DNA of 64,000 bases, from NCBI GenBank assembly GCA_040954595.2, contig CM082587.2:5877605-5941604 (forward strand), read 5' to 3'. Under the pieces are notes generated by a model. The model ran no database searches. It had not been told where the DNA came from and was given only the letters and a program-made list of their open reading frames with translations. The position numbers and the translations under genes are program-made. This document shows positions 22,766-35,852 of this stretch, piece by piece. The first letter of the stretch is position 1; every line of letters begins with the position of its first letter. The stretch is from Balanoglossus misakiensis (lineage: Eukaryota > Animalia > Hemichordata).

Positions 22766-25700
22766 GCAGAATTCGCCTTATTTATTGTTTAAATACGACC
22801 GGGGGGTACAAAATATGGAACGATTCTGACCGACAGCCGTTTTATTTCGGAGCAAACCCCAGGGGAATCCCCTCCCTACATTCTGACCATGCGCATCCCG
22901 ACGGCGGCGGGTACACGCATTTGACCACGTAAACCAAAACTCTTCTCTGAGAAATGCGAAGACGTGCATTCTCATTCGGCCGCCGAGGCATTGTCCTTTT
23001 TGGCCACCATTTAATCCGCGTACTTCGGGAGCCTGTGAAAAGGACCGCCGGCTTGAGAAAAATTCCAAGAACAGATCGCCTTTCTCGTCATTCCGAAAAA
23101 GAACAAACGGTTAATCACGTCAGCATTCCTCCTAAAGCCGCCTGACAATGGCCGGTGTGCATGAGAATTCTGCAAGGGCCCTCTCTCCCAGTGAGCGACC
23201 ATTGTACTCGCTCCTTTTCATCCCCCCAGTGTCGTCACGAACGCCGGAGCAGCTGTCATTGTTTGCGGCTTGGCTCGCTCTTTTGGCAGACAAAATCCCC
23301 CCTCGTCTTCCATACCAGTTGCTTTTTTTTCGTCCCCTCTGTCATTCTTTCAATTAACACATTGTGTGTGTGTGTGCGTTCACGCTTTCTTTCAAGCTTT
23401 CTTTCTCTATCCAACAAAGCAGGGCCCCCTTTTTATAAGGTATTAATTGTCATGTTATGGAGACCTCGGGTTAAATATGTGTGTTCTCAAAAATTCCAAC
23501 GACGAGTGACAGGGATCGTAAAACCGCTTTTTGACTTTAAATAAATTGCCGTCTTGCACGGTTTGGTGAATTGATCGAGGGGGGCGGCGTATTGGTTACA
23601 ATTGCAGGCATATAAGTGATATAATGATCTCTCGCTGAAGTACCTCGCTTGGTCGATACCGCAATCCAGGGTCCTCGCACATTTCAACTGTGGTGCATGT
23701 CCAGTTCGCTTTTTCGAACGCAATCATTCTCCAAGAAACTAACCTTGTGGACAGTCGCTCAAAACGTGCGCCCTTTCGTGAACGTTTTATTCATTTTCAG
23801 TTTTTTTTTTTCCACTGCAAGGATTGCCTTATCAGAACCATGACGAGTTAAATTCGTGTTTGAAATGCGTGTATAGCGGGAATTTCTCGGCGCGGTGTGA
23901 TCTTCAGCGCATTTTAACACCGCGTATTTACACTAGAATAAATAACAGCGAGAAATACCACCATTCACAGGTGATATTTTCCACGCCATAAGTGTTCACG
24001 GGGTGCCTAATTGGGCTTATTTATTTATTCATTACCCTGTTCCCCCCAATTACACATTTAAGACATTACAAATCTGTGGTTATAATTACACTTTCACACC
24101 ATGTTGGTAATGGGGCTGTCCGCGAGAAAATAGTCACTCCCAGCTCGCCGGCTAATTAGAACAACATGCTGCGAGAATAGACCATTAGTGGCCACATTAG
24201 CGGGCTAATGTGTGCCGTGTAGTTGACAATACGAGCCTTCCAGCGGCGCATCGCGTAATTTGATGGCTTCCACTTTCAAAGACAACAAACCCAGCGTCTC
24301 CCCAGGCATATTTTGGTGAATTATTCACGCCGGTCATCGGATAGTTCACACGTTTGATACACTCGCAGACGACAGTTTGTAGAAACTGTGACCACAGACA
24401 TACCAAGGGTGTCTCTACCGTACCCGTTTCCCGCGCGTTTTTTTTTCTTTACCAGACGATCACCATCGAACGGTCAACAGAAACAGCAGCGTCACAGCGT
24501 GCCGTCTATTTTTCCCACATTTTCAGACGAAGGCCACGCAAAGGTTACGAAATTGTAGAATACCATTCCCGGTTTCCATTTCGTTGGATTTTCGCGGCCG
24601 CGGTGCGGTGAATGATGGGCGGTTTGGGTTGTGAATTTGTGGATTCACAAGATCCAGCCACATATAAAATTGCTCTTATTTGGGTCACATTCACACCATA
24701 GATTCCCCTGTCGTGTCAAAAAAAATTCACAGTATTGGGCGTTCGTATCAATCATTGTCAGGGTAATGGGTAATATTAAAATATCATGTACGTTTTGGTC
24801 AAATGGTTTCATAAGCTTATAAGTACGTTCAGCAAACAAGAGCTTTTACCTCCCGTAAAGAAATATTTCACTGAAACCAGTTTTACGTATTTCTTAAAGT
24901 TTCTCTGCAAACCGTCGTCAGCTTAGAGTTCCTTAATCGCACAGGAAATCATAGCACATAGCAAAAAGAAACAAAAATATGCCGACTTTTGTAATATTTC
25001 CCATTTTGAGATAATATATACTAAATCAGCAACTAAAACCTATTTTATTTTGTCGTAATTGAAGAAATAGCGCGAGACGGAGAGTGACGTACCGGATAAC
25101 TGTGTCACGTGGGTATATTTGACTTTCGCTGCGCATGATCTCAAAGTCACGCGGTATTTAAGGGAGTGGTTTGGATAAAAACAACAATAAACGACGAAAA
25201 CAACGTCTAATTCAGTAATTTAGAGACTGGGTTCGCTTGCCAAGTTTCTATACACCCAGTTACTAAACCTGACCATGTGAACCGAAAACGCGCGCAAGTC
25301 TCGAGACACGACCAACAATGTTATGTGTTACGCCTGCCATACGATATGATATCGGAATGCGTGCGCCGCTTCCCAAGTTTCCTTGTGACGATGAAAGGTG
25401 TAGAAATCTGATGTTTTTCGGGCGTGGTAGAATTGGTAACGTCGACTCAAACGGCGCGCGGGGGGGGGGGGGCTTCAGGGCGGAAAGATTCGGTCTTTGA
25501 TTTTTTTTTCGACACGCTTCGTTGAGCAGGTACAGGGAATACTCTCGGACGAAAAAATATACGACAGCAAGAATGCGATATTCGCCCCCTGTTCACCGCT
25601 TTCTTTAAAATTTATATCAATGAAAGACAGTATACTTGTATTTTTTATAGTTTTTGTGTGGAATATCGCTCAGTAAGATTTTTATGTCGCAGAGGCATCG

Positions 25701-28130
25701 CGAATTTTCTCACCCCTCCTAATTCTTTCGGCCTTATAAAAACAGCAACACAGCCAGAATAAAATTTGCAATCCTTTCAGAACTTCGCCGAGAAGACGCG
25801 AGACAATAAGGGACGCGGGGTCACGCCACACAATGGATGGAACCGCCCGCTTGATCGCTTTCCCAAGGTACGGGGAACGGGCAGAGGGGGCTGACCTCGC
25901 TCCGGGCGAAGACCGGGGTATTGCAGCTGGGAAAGGGGTCGACCCTGTATGAGAGGGTTGGGGTAGTGCCGAAGCCACAGCTAAAGGCCCCTTCTTCCAT
26001 TGTGCCGGTGCCACTTCTCAACTTAATCCGTATTGTTGCGGCCATTATCTTCAATGGGGAGCTCCCTACACTCCCCGATCTGTTGTCGCCCTCAATTGAA
26101 GTCCCGCATTGACGCGGTTAGGATCGGAATTTGGCCAGCGGCAGTAGTCGTCACACACACACAGGGAGAGGGAGAAAAATACAAATCAGTGGAAATACAC
26201 ACACGCCAACACTTTCACTGAATCGATCTCAGCGATAGTATAGCACGAACGCGACCAATTAAGAACCCGTTTATTATGTATTGTTGAGTATTGCATTCGT
26301 CTTTAAGAAAATAATTTAACTCGAGCGCTACCAGTGCCGTCTTGTTTAAGTTTGATTTGTGTTTCTGCAGTGTTGGGGAAGTGGTTGATATTTTTTTATT
26401 CCGACACCCAAAGCTCGTAGTGTAAATCGGAAATGCCCAGTCAGCGAGCCACTAAGTCTACCGTACGTTTTTCCGTCTGTCTGTCTGTCCGTCTAACTCA
26501 ATGCTATGCATCTAAAAGTTTCTCTCATCTAAACATTTCTTCTACACCATATGTATGTGTGTTGTCTCCGTTTGTCTCCCCGATTCTCTCACTCCCCTCT
26601 CCCGGCCTCTGTCTCCTGCTACCTTTGTCTGCAGCCTGTGCCCCGCCCCTTCTCTCGCTCGCTGCGTTCCCCTCATGGTTATCGCCCTCCAACCTCTTCA
26701 TCGCCCATCACCCTATCTCTTTCTTTCGCAACGACCCACTTTTGCCACAGCTGCGCGCAAGCAGCAGACCCATAAGTGTGATGACCACTCCGACGCGGTG
26801 ATGACGATTCACAGATCCGTCCGCTCCAATCTGTGACAGTGTGAGAAAAGCACCACCACTTGACGGCCACCGGTTTTTTTACCTACTCACTCGGCCCCTC
26901 TCTCTCCGCAATCACCGATTTGCGATTTCTCACGGTTTCAGCAGTCAGCTGTGACCACACGGGGATCGTCGGGGGGCGCGTGGTTTTAATTTTCCCGAAC
27001 CCGAAAAGTTTTTCTGACTCGGATACAGCTGCCGCCGCACCGTCCACGCATAAAGTTTTTCGATTGTGTCAAAAGGAGCCCAACGCGCATGTCCACGCCA
27101 CGCTCGCCGCGCCACGCGTTGAAGACGCCGCCGGTCCAGTGTCTTTTACATGTTGCGTTTTCGAACCTCGTCGCACACTTGAATTAAAGGCAAGAGTGTC
27201 ACTGTTCGCACGATTAAAAGTGAGAGAGTCTGAAAATCGCTGCTTGAAAGCCGGAAGTGCCTGAAAGAACTTTAACCACTTGGAATGAAAGACTTGAAAA
27301 ACGCTGACACAGCATTTTATGTATTTCCCTTTTTGTGGTCCATAAGACCATTTTCGCTTACTTTCGTAAAATAATATACACAAGCTAGTATCTTTTTCAG
27401 AAATCAATTGCCTCCATGATGCAAGACAATTAGTTTTTAAGAATGTCCGATCGATTTCAAGTTGTCTGCGATATGTTATTTACATTTGCTGGAAGGTGTG
27501 AGAGACGAAGAAGAGTGGTGTAACGGTTGTTGTTTTCTGAAACGGTGTTTTTATTTGAAGCAAACTGGCTAAAGACATGAAAGCATCTACGTTTTTAGAG
27601 CTCACAACATTCACCCGAAACACTGAGAGCAGGGGCCGATAACGTCTTGAACACGCAGCGCCGGATCAGGTGAAGTTTCCAGTCCGAACGTAACCCCCCC
27701 CCCCCCAAAGTCATAGACCCCGGAGCTCCAACCTAGTAATAGCGTAGTATTCAGGACGTAATTGGCCCTGCTCGCTCTTTATTTCAGGCTACGGAGGCCG
27801 TTCAATTTTGCGCACTGCTTAGCACCAGCCCTCCGGGCCAGAAACAAGGTATTTTGAAATTCCCCGGCGGAGTCATACAAATCGACCCGTGAAACCTTGG
27901 GGGTCACGGTGAAACAGTGCGCCGTTCTTCTGCAACTATGTGACCTTTGGCACAGCACTCTTGCTTCGTCCAAAAACAGGGATCGGGGTGTACGCAGCGT
28001 GTGTAAAGCGTCCCCTTTTCTGTCATGTTTAATTTCAAGTAGAGCAGACTTGTCTTCAAGTTTATGGCAGTATGGAGAAGTAGTTGGCCCACTCCCTCCC
28101 CCTCTACCCTCCTGGCTTGTAGGTGTCACC

Positions 28131-28684
28131 TAGCTCTGCGTACAGGTCTGTGTGTTCCCGGCGTTACACGGCCTCCACCCACAGCCCTGCAAGGCGCCAT
28201 AGGAAAAACTGGTGCTTCTGCGGTCCGGATCCGGACCGCAGCTTTTTCGGCCGAAATTCGATTTTATCGAAGCAAAATCATTTCCCTGTCTACTTCTACC
28301 TCCTAACCGACTCCAAATATGATGCGATTAACTTGTCCTAACGTCCGAACCACTCGCGTTTGTTTTATTTTTGTGTGTTTACATGTTGAGATCGCCATAT
28401 TAAATATAAGGCTTACAGTGAGTTTATCTCCATGGGTAAACATAAAAGTTTTAGAAAGCGAGCGGTTCGGACGTTAGGACAAGTTAATCGCATCATATTT
28501 GGAGTCGGTTAGGAGGCAGAAGTAGACAGGGAAAGGATTTTGCTTCGATAAAATCGAATTTCGGCCGAAAAAGCTGCGGTCCGGATCCGGACCGCAGAAG
28601 CACCAGTTTTTCCTATGGCGCCTTGCAGGGCTGTGGGTGGAGGCCGTGTAACGCCGGGAACACACAGACCTGTACGCAGAGCTA
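28131..28684. mobile_element. Non-autonomous foldback DNA transposon (554 bp), AcademH-like or MULE-like
   Basis: 227-bp TIRs (28131-28357 / 28458-28684, about 3 mismatches) beginning TAGCTCTGCGTACAGG, 100-bp spacer, flanked by 9-bp direct repeat GGTGTCACC (28122-28130 / 28685-28693). Confidence 0.9.
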
Positions 28685-31600
28685 GGTGTCACCGTGCCCC
28701 GAACTTGTCGCACTTGATAGATGACCCCATTTGCAACTCAAGGTCATTGTACTTCAAAGCACCAATCAGCGGTTCTCACTTTCTGCCCGGGACTATAATG
28801 ACAGCGGAGGACACTTTCCTGCGCGGCATCCGTCTCTGGCGAGGGCCCGCCGCCGCGCCGCAGGCAACCTTCGCCTGTCTCAGTCAAGAAAGCTGGTATC
28901 AATCTCCCCCCTCGTTTGGTGGAAATGTGGAAACACTTTCTCCCCTTCAATGTGGCCAATGCAATGCATGATAAGAAAAACACCGCACCGCTCAGTGAAA
29001 TGAAATGAACACTTCAATAGCCTTCTCACTCTCCGCTCCAATCACCGGAAAGTGTCCGGGATTAATAGATTTCCACACCGGAATGAAGGGTTAACCTCTG
29101 ACCCCGGTGGCTATCCAGAACAGAGGGGGTGCATGTCAGACCCCGGCGATTGAATCGTAAATCAATTGGAAACTATTCTACCCGCATTGTTCGGATGACA
29201 AATCCCGGATCTTTTATGGGAATTTCGCTCGGAAAAAAAAAGTGTCGCGAAATGCTTAAAGCGTAATTTGCACGAGGGAGGGGCGTGGCGATCAGATTTA
29301 ACGAGACGTGATTCTCCTGGCGGGGGGTCGGTCGAGCTCCCCGGTTTAAATCAGTTTACGCGTTCGAACACAGGTGAGCACATCCTTACGTAAAATTGTC
29401 ACTGGTACGAGAGCGGGTTCTGTCGCCCGTTCACTGTCATGGTTGTCTGGGATTACATGTATACAGTCAGTGATGAGGCATCATACCCAGACAATAACCA
29501 TTGTTGTGGTCGTGAGGTCTCGGATTCGTTCGCGTCTCACAATCTTTTGTTTTTACTACCTGTATATGCTTTGGCAGTACTGCCTGTACGTTACATATAC
29601 GATGTGCTTCGTGACCGGGCCCTCTCCTGTCAATATCATATGAACCGAACCTACACGCTACGCACGTACATTCATAAAACACGACATTTCTGAATTCATT
29701 AACGTCTGATATGATTAACGCATGACCAATTTACTATTTGGGTTATTTCTATTTTGCGGTGTCCTATCGCAAATGGTGAACTCTTGATACACGGGGAGAA
29801 TATTTCATAACGGTATTTTTGTCACCCATCCAAGACTGCGCTTATCTTTGCACGTACGAGACGTGACGTGAACGGCAGTCTACTGACCAGGGGGTATTAT
29901 TTAATCGCATATATCTTTATTAAAATGATGCTACTCGGTGTAGGTTTCATAATTTGAAGGTCTCGCCTTTCCATTTTACTTCTATGTTTCTGAACCAAAA
30001 TTAGACCCACGTCTCTCAGTCTCTGTCTGTCTGTCTCAATATGATTTGATATTGTTCTATTACACGTAGCCTTTTGAAGTACATGTAAGTGTATAGGCCC
30101 CACACCTATACCAGTGCAAACGCAGGCGACAGATCGCCTTACACTGTAATCACCTTCATGACTGTTTTTCCGCGCAACGTAACCGTGGAAACGACGACAA
30201 TGTCAAGGTCAAACATGCCATGCGACTCCGTGAACGTGGCCGTGTTTGTCTCTGACCGACCCCCTGCTGTCACCAGCTGGTAATAAAGACACTGTGCTGG
30301 TATGCGGCTAACAAAAACGATTATTTATCGGCGTGAATTCGGCGCTGGCATAGTTTACGTGCATGTGTTCGCTGTTTTGCTTGTAAACTAAATTGACAGC
30401 ATTCTTGGGACAGAAGTGATATGACTCGAGTGGGCGGTTGTGCTCTTCCGTTGTAATGATTTTCACAGGTGGCATTGGGGCGTAATAAACAGTTTTGTAC
30501 ATAAAAAGGAACTTGACGGTCAAAATTTGACGTGGTCTCACTCTTGATCGTGACCCTGAACATTTCTTTCGGGGGAGATCGGCAGATTTTTTCGTTTCAG
30601 GATCGTCTCGTCACCTGTATAGAAAATCATGCATTGGAAGGGAAAGGAATGTACATTTAAACCATTTATCTCATTTCTCTGTATACATGGTTGAACCGAT
30701 GATTCCTCGAGAATACCTACGGTTGAACCGAATTATATAAGGTCAAATAACAACTGAACTCGAGCTGTCATTAAAACAATGGCTGTACATACTTTCTCTT
30801 CTTTCTCTGATGTACAACCATTAACTTAAATTCCATTTCAACTATTTATTCTTTCATCATTCTGTCTATCTCCATTGTCTGTCTCTCTCCCGTCTCTTGT
30901 CGGTCCCCTGACCCTGTTCGCGTGGACAAAACATCCATAAAATTGACAGGAAATTTTACTACAGAATAAAACAACGAAATAAAAAGAAAACTTACATGTC
31001 AATCGTGTTCAAAAATTTATTTACAGTCATTATTGCGATAATTGTCCCTCGTGACATAGTTAGATGATTGGCCCATTAAACAGTTTTAATTCCCCGGGAC
31101 AAAGTCCTTCACCGTTTTCAACGTAGCTGGTTTTCTACTTAACGCGAGATTGACGTATCTGAGAACTCTTGTTCGCTTTGTCGGTGACCCGTAGCAGAAA
31201 CATATACCACCGTTATCATCATAACCTAAGCACCACATGGGTGGCTAGGCTCGTCGACGCGTCTTCGTAAGTCACCGTTGTCCGTGTTTGAGTGCATGCG
31301 CAGTAGTACGCGGCGCGAACGTCGTTACTTTTTACGTGTTCATGGTTTCTCCCGTCAAGTTCCCCAAAACGAAGTCCTCGTGACTGGTTGTGTTTTAATA
31401 AAAACAGTAAGGCGTTTATAGAGGTTCGTCGAAGGTTTGCTCGCCGGATCCTGAACGTGCGCAGTACGCAAGCTGTTGGCCTACTGTCGCCGGACAGCCA
31501 CGGTCACATTTCCGCGATCGATCGAATCGAAAATTATTTTTTGGGGTGACACGTGACTTTGTGCTACAGATGGAGATGAACAGGCAACATAACCATGCAT

Positions 31601-34600
31601 ACATTTACGGGTGTCATGGATCTACGGTTAATTCTAAAATCGCCGCCCATTGACCAGTCCGACACACGATTGTGCATCGACATATGGATGTCCAGCTGGT
31701 AGTACAACCGAAACTGACCAAGTAGCAACGCTTGGCAAACAGAATGTAACATCTGCATATTTGCATACCACCAGTATCAATATTCATGCTATTGTCTGAG
31801 GTGAATGAGTACTTTCCACTTTTGGATGTGTTCGAGGCATGTGCGAAACACCTCTAATTACATCGTCTACACTGTCCGTCACATTACCACCTAATTATCG
31901 AGGCTTCTGTATGTCACTTATCAACGGCAGTGTGCTACACACAGAAATGGCTTGCCAGCGCTCCCTTTCACCGAGTCACGTTTTAGCAGACTACAACCGC
32001 GTGGAGATGGATACCAGATTCGACGAAGGTACTTAAATCTAAATTCAGTTTGGTCTCGGCGACACGATCTTACATGCTCGCTGATTAGGAAGGCCGGGTC
32101 AAATCAATTGCCAAATTGGGTATACATGTAGTTGATTTGGCTTTGCTTGTTCTATTTTGCTTGGTAGACCGTATGGGCGTGGTGAATTCGTGGTCTTCGC
32201 GAACGGCGTACCATACTACCAGCGTTGAGCGGAACAATCGACGGCGAAGTACAACTGACTTTCATTCAACAAATGCCTTCAAATTAAAAGGCTGTTGAGA
32301 TTGAGAATCCAATTAACACCTGTTAACACCTTCGAACGGACATTGTCACTTCCCGGAGATTAATTTACACGTCACATCGTTTGGACACACTGTTGACACC
32401 AAACTGGGAAAACACAAGCGCACAAAAATGACAATAAATGAATAGCATTCTGGGAATTAATAATGTGTACTATACTGCATAGTCGATCATTTTTATATAA
32501 TGATATCAGCGCTACCTCGGGACCGTGGGCGCCACCGTATATCGGTCGATAAAATATCTAATAGTTATACACTGAGATAAGATGCTCATCTTTTCTTATC
32601 TCATTCACTTGTTATTCGTTCAAAACCGCTAATGTTTGTACAAACTATTCTGATAAATAGCTGATAATTCCACGATACCGATAAAGTTGTACCTTTTGGG
32701 TGTGTTGGCTATCTATTTGAGATTGTATGTGGCCGGAATTTGACCGGACAATTTGATTAAGTCGGCCCTGGATGGCTGCCCTTGGCTCGAGTGTTCCACT
32801 TTGCCATGTTGATAGCGCTATTTTTGCCAACAAGTGTATCGTAATCTTCAGCTGGTTTCCGCTTGTACACCGAAGAGGCGACAAGTGAGATTTTATATCT
32901 GGCACACAATAGATGGGATTGAACTCGACACTGAGTGACTTTTGGCCGTCAGTGGTCAAGTAGGCCCACTGGCCACTCAGTAATCTGTAGGAATTTCCGC
33001 CAAGCTCGCGACAAAAAGGAGCGGCGACCCAGTCAACGACATTTTCGCGCGGTTCGTCACGGTCGCTTCCCCACTCTGAATCTGTGTCGAGGAGTCACGG
33101 TTGCGCGACACCCGGCCTTTTATACATCCCCGCCTTCGGGCATCCGCTTATCTCCCACATAACAGAAGCACATGATTTTGGGGCGGTTGTAATAATCATC
33201 GTCGATGTGTGTGTGTGTGTGTGTGTGCGTGGGGGGGGGGGAGAATATGGAACGAAACAAGCGGGATATGCGACCGAGATGTCTCTACCTCTCGTCACGT
33301 CTCCGACAGTGCTACCAGACACTGGACCTGTCAAACTGCCACGACAGAATCGTCCATATGCGTTTTATAATTAGAGGTGCAATTGAATGTTTAGAGATGA
33401 CCAGGGGAATGCTTTGTGAAAAGATCGGGACAGGTGGTTACGGTTGGGTGGTTGGAGTCAATCGCCGGAGCACAGGTTCAGTCGAGGCGGAAGGGGTGGG
33501 TAGACTGATGATAGCACGGTTGGTCGAGGTCGTTGTGTGAATATCATTTTTTTTTGTCTTCCGACGTGCCCTGTTTGCGGGCGCCGCGCTTGTCTTCAAG
33601 TTTCGTTGTGCTGGTACTGAGTTTTACTGAGATGCATGGTTTTGGTGGAATTGTTCTAGTTCTTTCATGATGTGGTGACGTTATATTACGGATTGAAGAA
33701 GATAGGGACTCGCTAGAATTTGTGATGAACCGGGTTTCTCGTTCAATTTGGAATTTGGATCAGTTACCAAAATGTGCTTGTCACAATCACTGAGACGATC
33801 GACGAGTATTGTAAAGTGTTCAAGCACACGCATGCGCTACGTGTCACTATCGGCTCCGTGTACGATATGATGACGACCCACGCCCCCGGCCACACACTGA
33901 CACCTGTGGCATATCTGCAAGACGCCGCGTCACTGAGGAATATGCATGTTATAGACGAACCGATCGATACGTGCGCGTTAAAAGTGGACAAATCATGACA
34001 GCGTTGATTTTGGTGAATCTGCAAGACCTGCAAGTACCAGGGTTAAAGGGGTCATTTTAGGAAGCTGTCGTACGGTAATCACAGCGAGATTCTCACGGCC
34101 ATCCCCGGCGGTGTTTTCCTCCTGCGTGCGGCGAAACTGTGCCAAGTACCAGTCGACGGCGTGGATGATTTGAGAGGGCTGGGATGCAGCCATCGAATCA
34201 ATGAAGCTGTTTCCCTTGACAAGAACCAGAACCGAAATCTCGGCAGTGTCACCACAACGTTGGGAAAAGCTTCGGGAGTGTCACGTGATTCAAGTACGGG
34301 GGGGGGGGGAGGGGTCTACAACCTATAAATGTGAGGGATATAAAGTATAGGGGTATGTGAATAAATTAAAATGTGCGGTTAGTTACGTTGCGATTACCAT
34401 GTACATGTACACCTGTAATGTCCAGGGAAAATGTACAACTAACACTTGGCTGGGGGACTGGGGACAGTCTCAGAATAGGCGAAGCGAGACCACATTCCAG
34501 CACATGTTTGTGTGTGAAAACACTCTCACTGCAGGGGTCATTAAAAGCCCGCTTTACCGACTACACCGAGTAGTAAAAAGATGGCCTCTTGTCACCTGAG

Positions 34601-35819
34601 TACCAAGAGGTCAGGTGGTGCCAGGTCTTTGCAATATTTCAGTTCGATCAAACTGACCGAATCGACGTAAATAGGGTAACCTGCCGCTGCGTGTCAAAGG
34701 CCACGACTTAACCTTGCGCCGCACACGGAGATCTGCACCCACCAGTTGCCAACAATTCACCGACACACGATGGCAACGAACTTGCAACGGGCGAGACAGC
34801 TTTGAATATTTGCGTCACGGATTTTGGCGCGCTTTTCAGACGCCAGACGACACTACTTCATTGGCATTCTAACGGTACCCGCCGCTGTCTCTTCATTCCA
34901 CATTACATTGTCTAATACCCGTGATATATTGCTATCCCTCGAAGCTTTTCCGGTAAATACAATGAGGTAACGGAAGGGAAAAAAAACACTCGCCGGGTCT
35001 TTCAGAGTTGTTGGAAGGGTCTCTCGTCGGCACCCACCACTACTTTGCCCGTGTATTTATCGGCCTTTCAAATAGCACAATTGGCAGTGGGCTGCAGGTA
35101 TGGGGGGGGGGGGCTTTTCTTGAACCCAACCCAAAAAGTCAAAAAAGAACACGAAAAAATACCCTTTTTGGACAAAAAACATAAACAGTACCCTGTTACT
35201 CTCTTGGCAAAAAAACAATTTATTGAAAAGGGATGATGATGATGCTATAAATACTCTCAGCCTGGAAATTTGTGGGTTTTTTGTTATGCTGGACACAGTC
35301 AACAGTTGTTTGGGTCCGGCGTTTTCTTTGACTCTCTGCGGGGTTTGTCATTTCGATCCGTGGACGACGATGTCGCCACGGCAAAGGTTCAGAGACCTAA
35401 CCGGGAGAGGGGGAAGCGGATGGGTGGCGAGCAGCATGTCACCTGATGACCCATGCATTGTCTTCCTCCTTGGTGACAGAATCCCATAGGGGGACACTGT
35501 ATAATATGCACGAGAAAAAAACCGCGGTCTTCCCACGGACAGGGTCGACCTGATTCGCTTCACCGGAACAGCGGTTCCCGGATTTGCATACGGACAGGGG
35601 AAGCTGCTGGCACTGGAGAAACACAACGAGGGTTTTCCCACAACAACAACAACAACAACACACCACACACACAACAAACACACATTATCACCCCATTGTT
35701 TTATCATGCGAGAGAGGGGACGTGTTGATTGATAGGTCGTTGACCGATCTCCACACAGTGAGTGGCGGAATCGGATTTACAGTACGCCACTGAGTCACAA
35801 CGGTGCGGACAATGGAAGC

Positions 35820-35852
35820 CGTGGGACAGTGCAGTGGCCGAATTCTCTCACG
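35820..35852. promoter_or_regulatory. Degenerate Su(H)/CSL paired site (SPS-like)
   Basis: CGTGGGAc-N17-cTCTCACG head-to-head; canonical TTCCCACG (35530) and TTCCCACA (35635) nearby. Confidence 0.45.

Noticed and set aside
28123-28713. Two near-identical small ORFs on opposite strands
   Set aside because: They are the two arms of the foldback element, not a duplicated gene.
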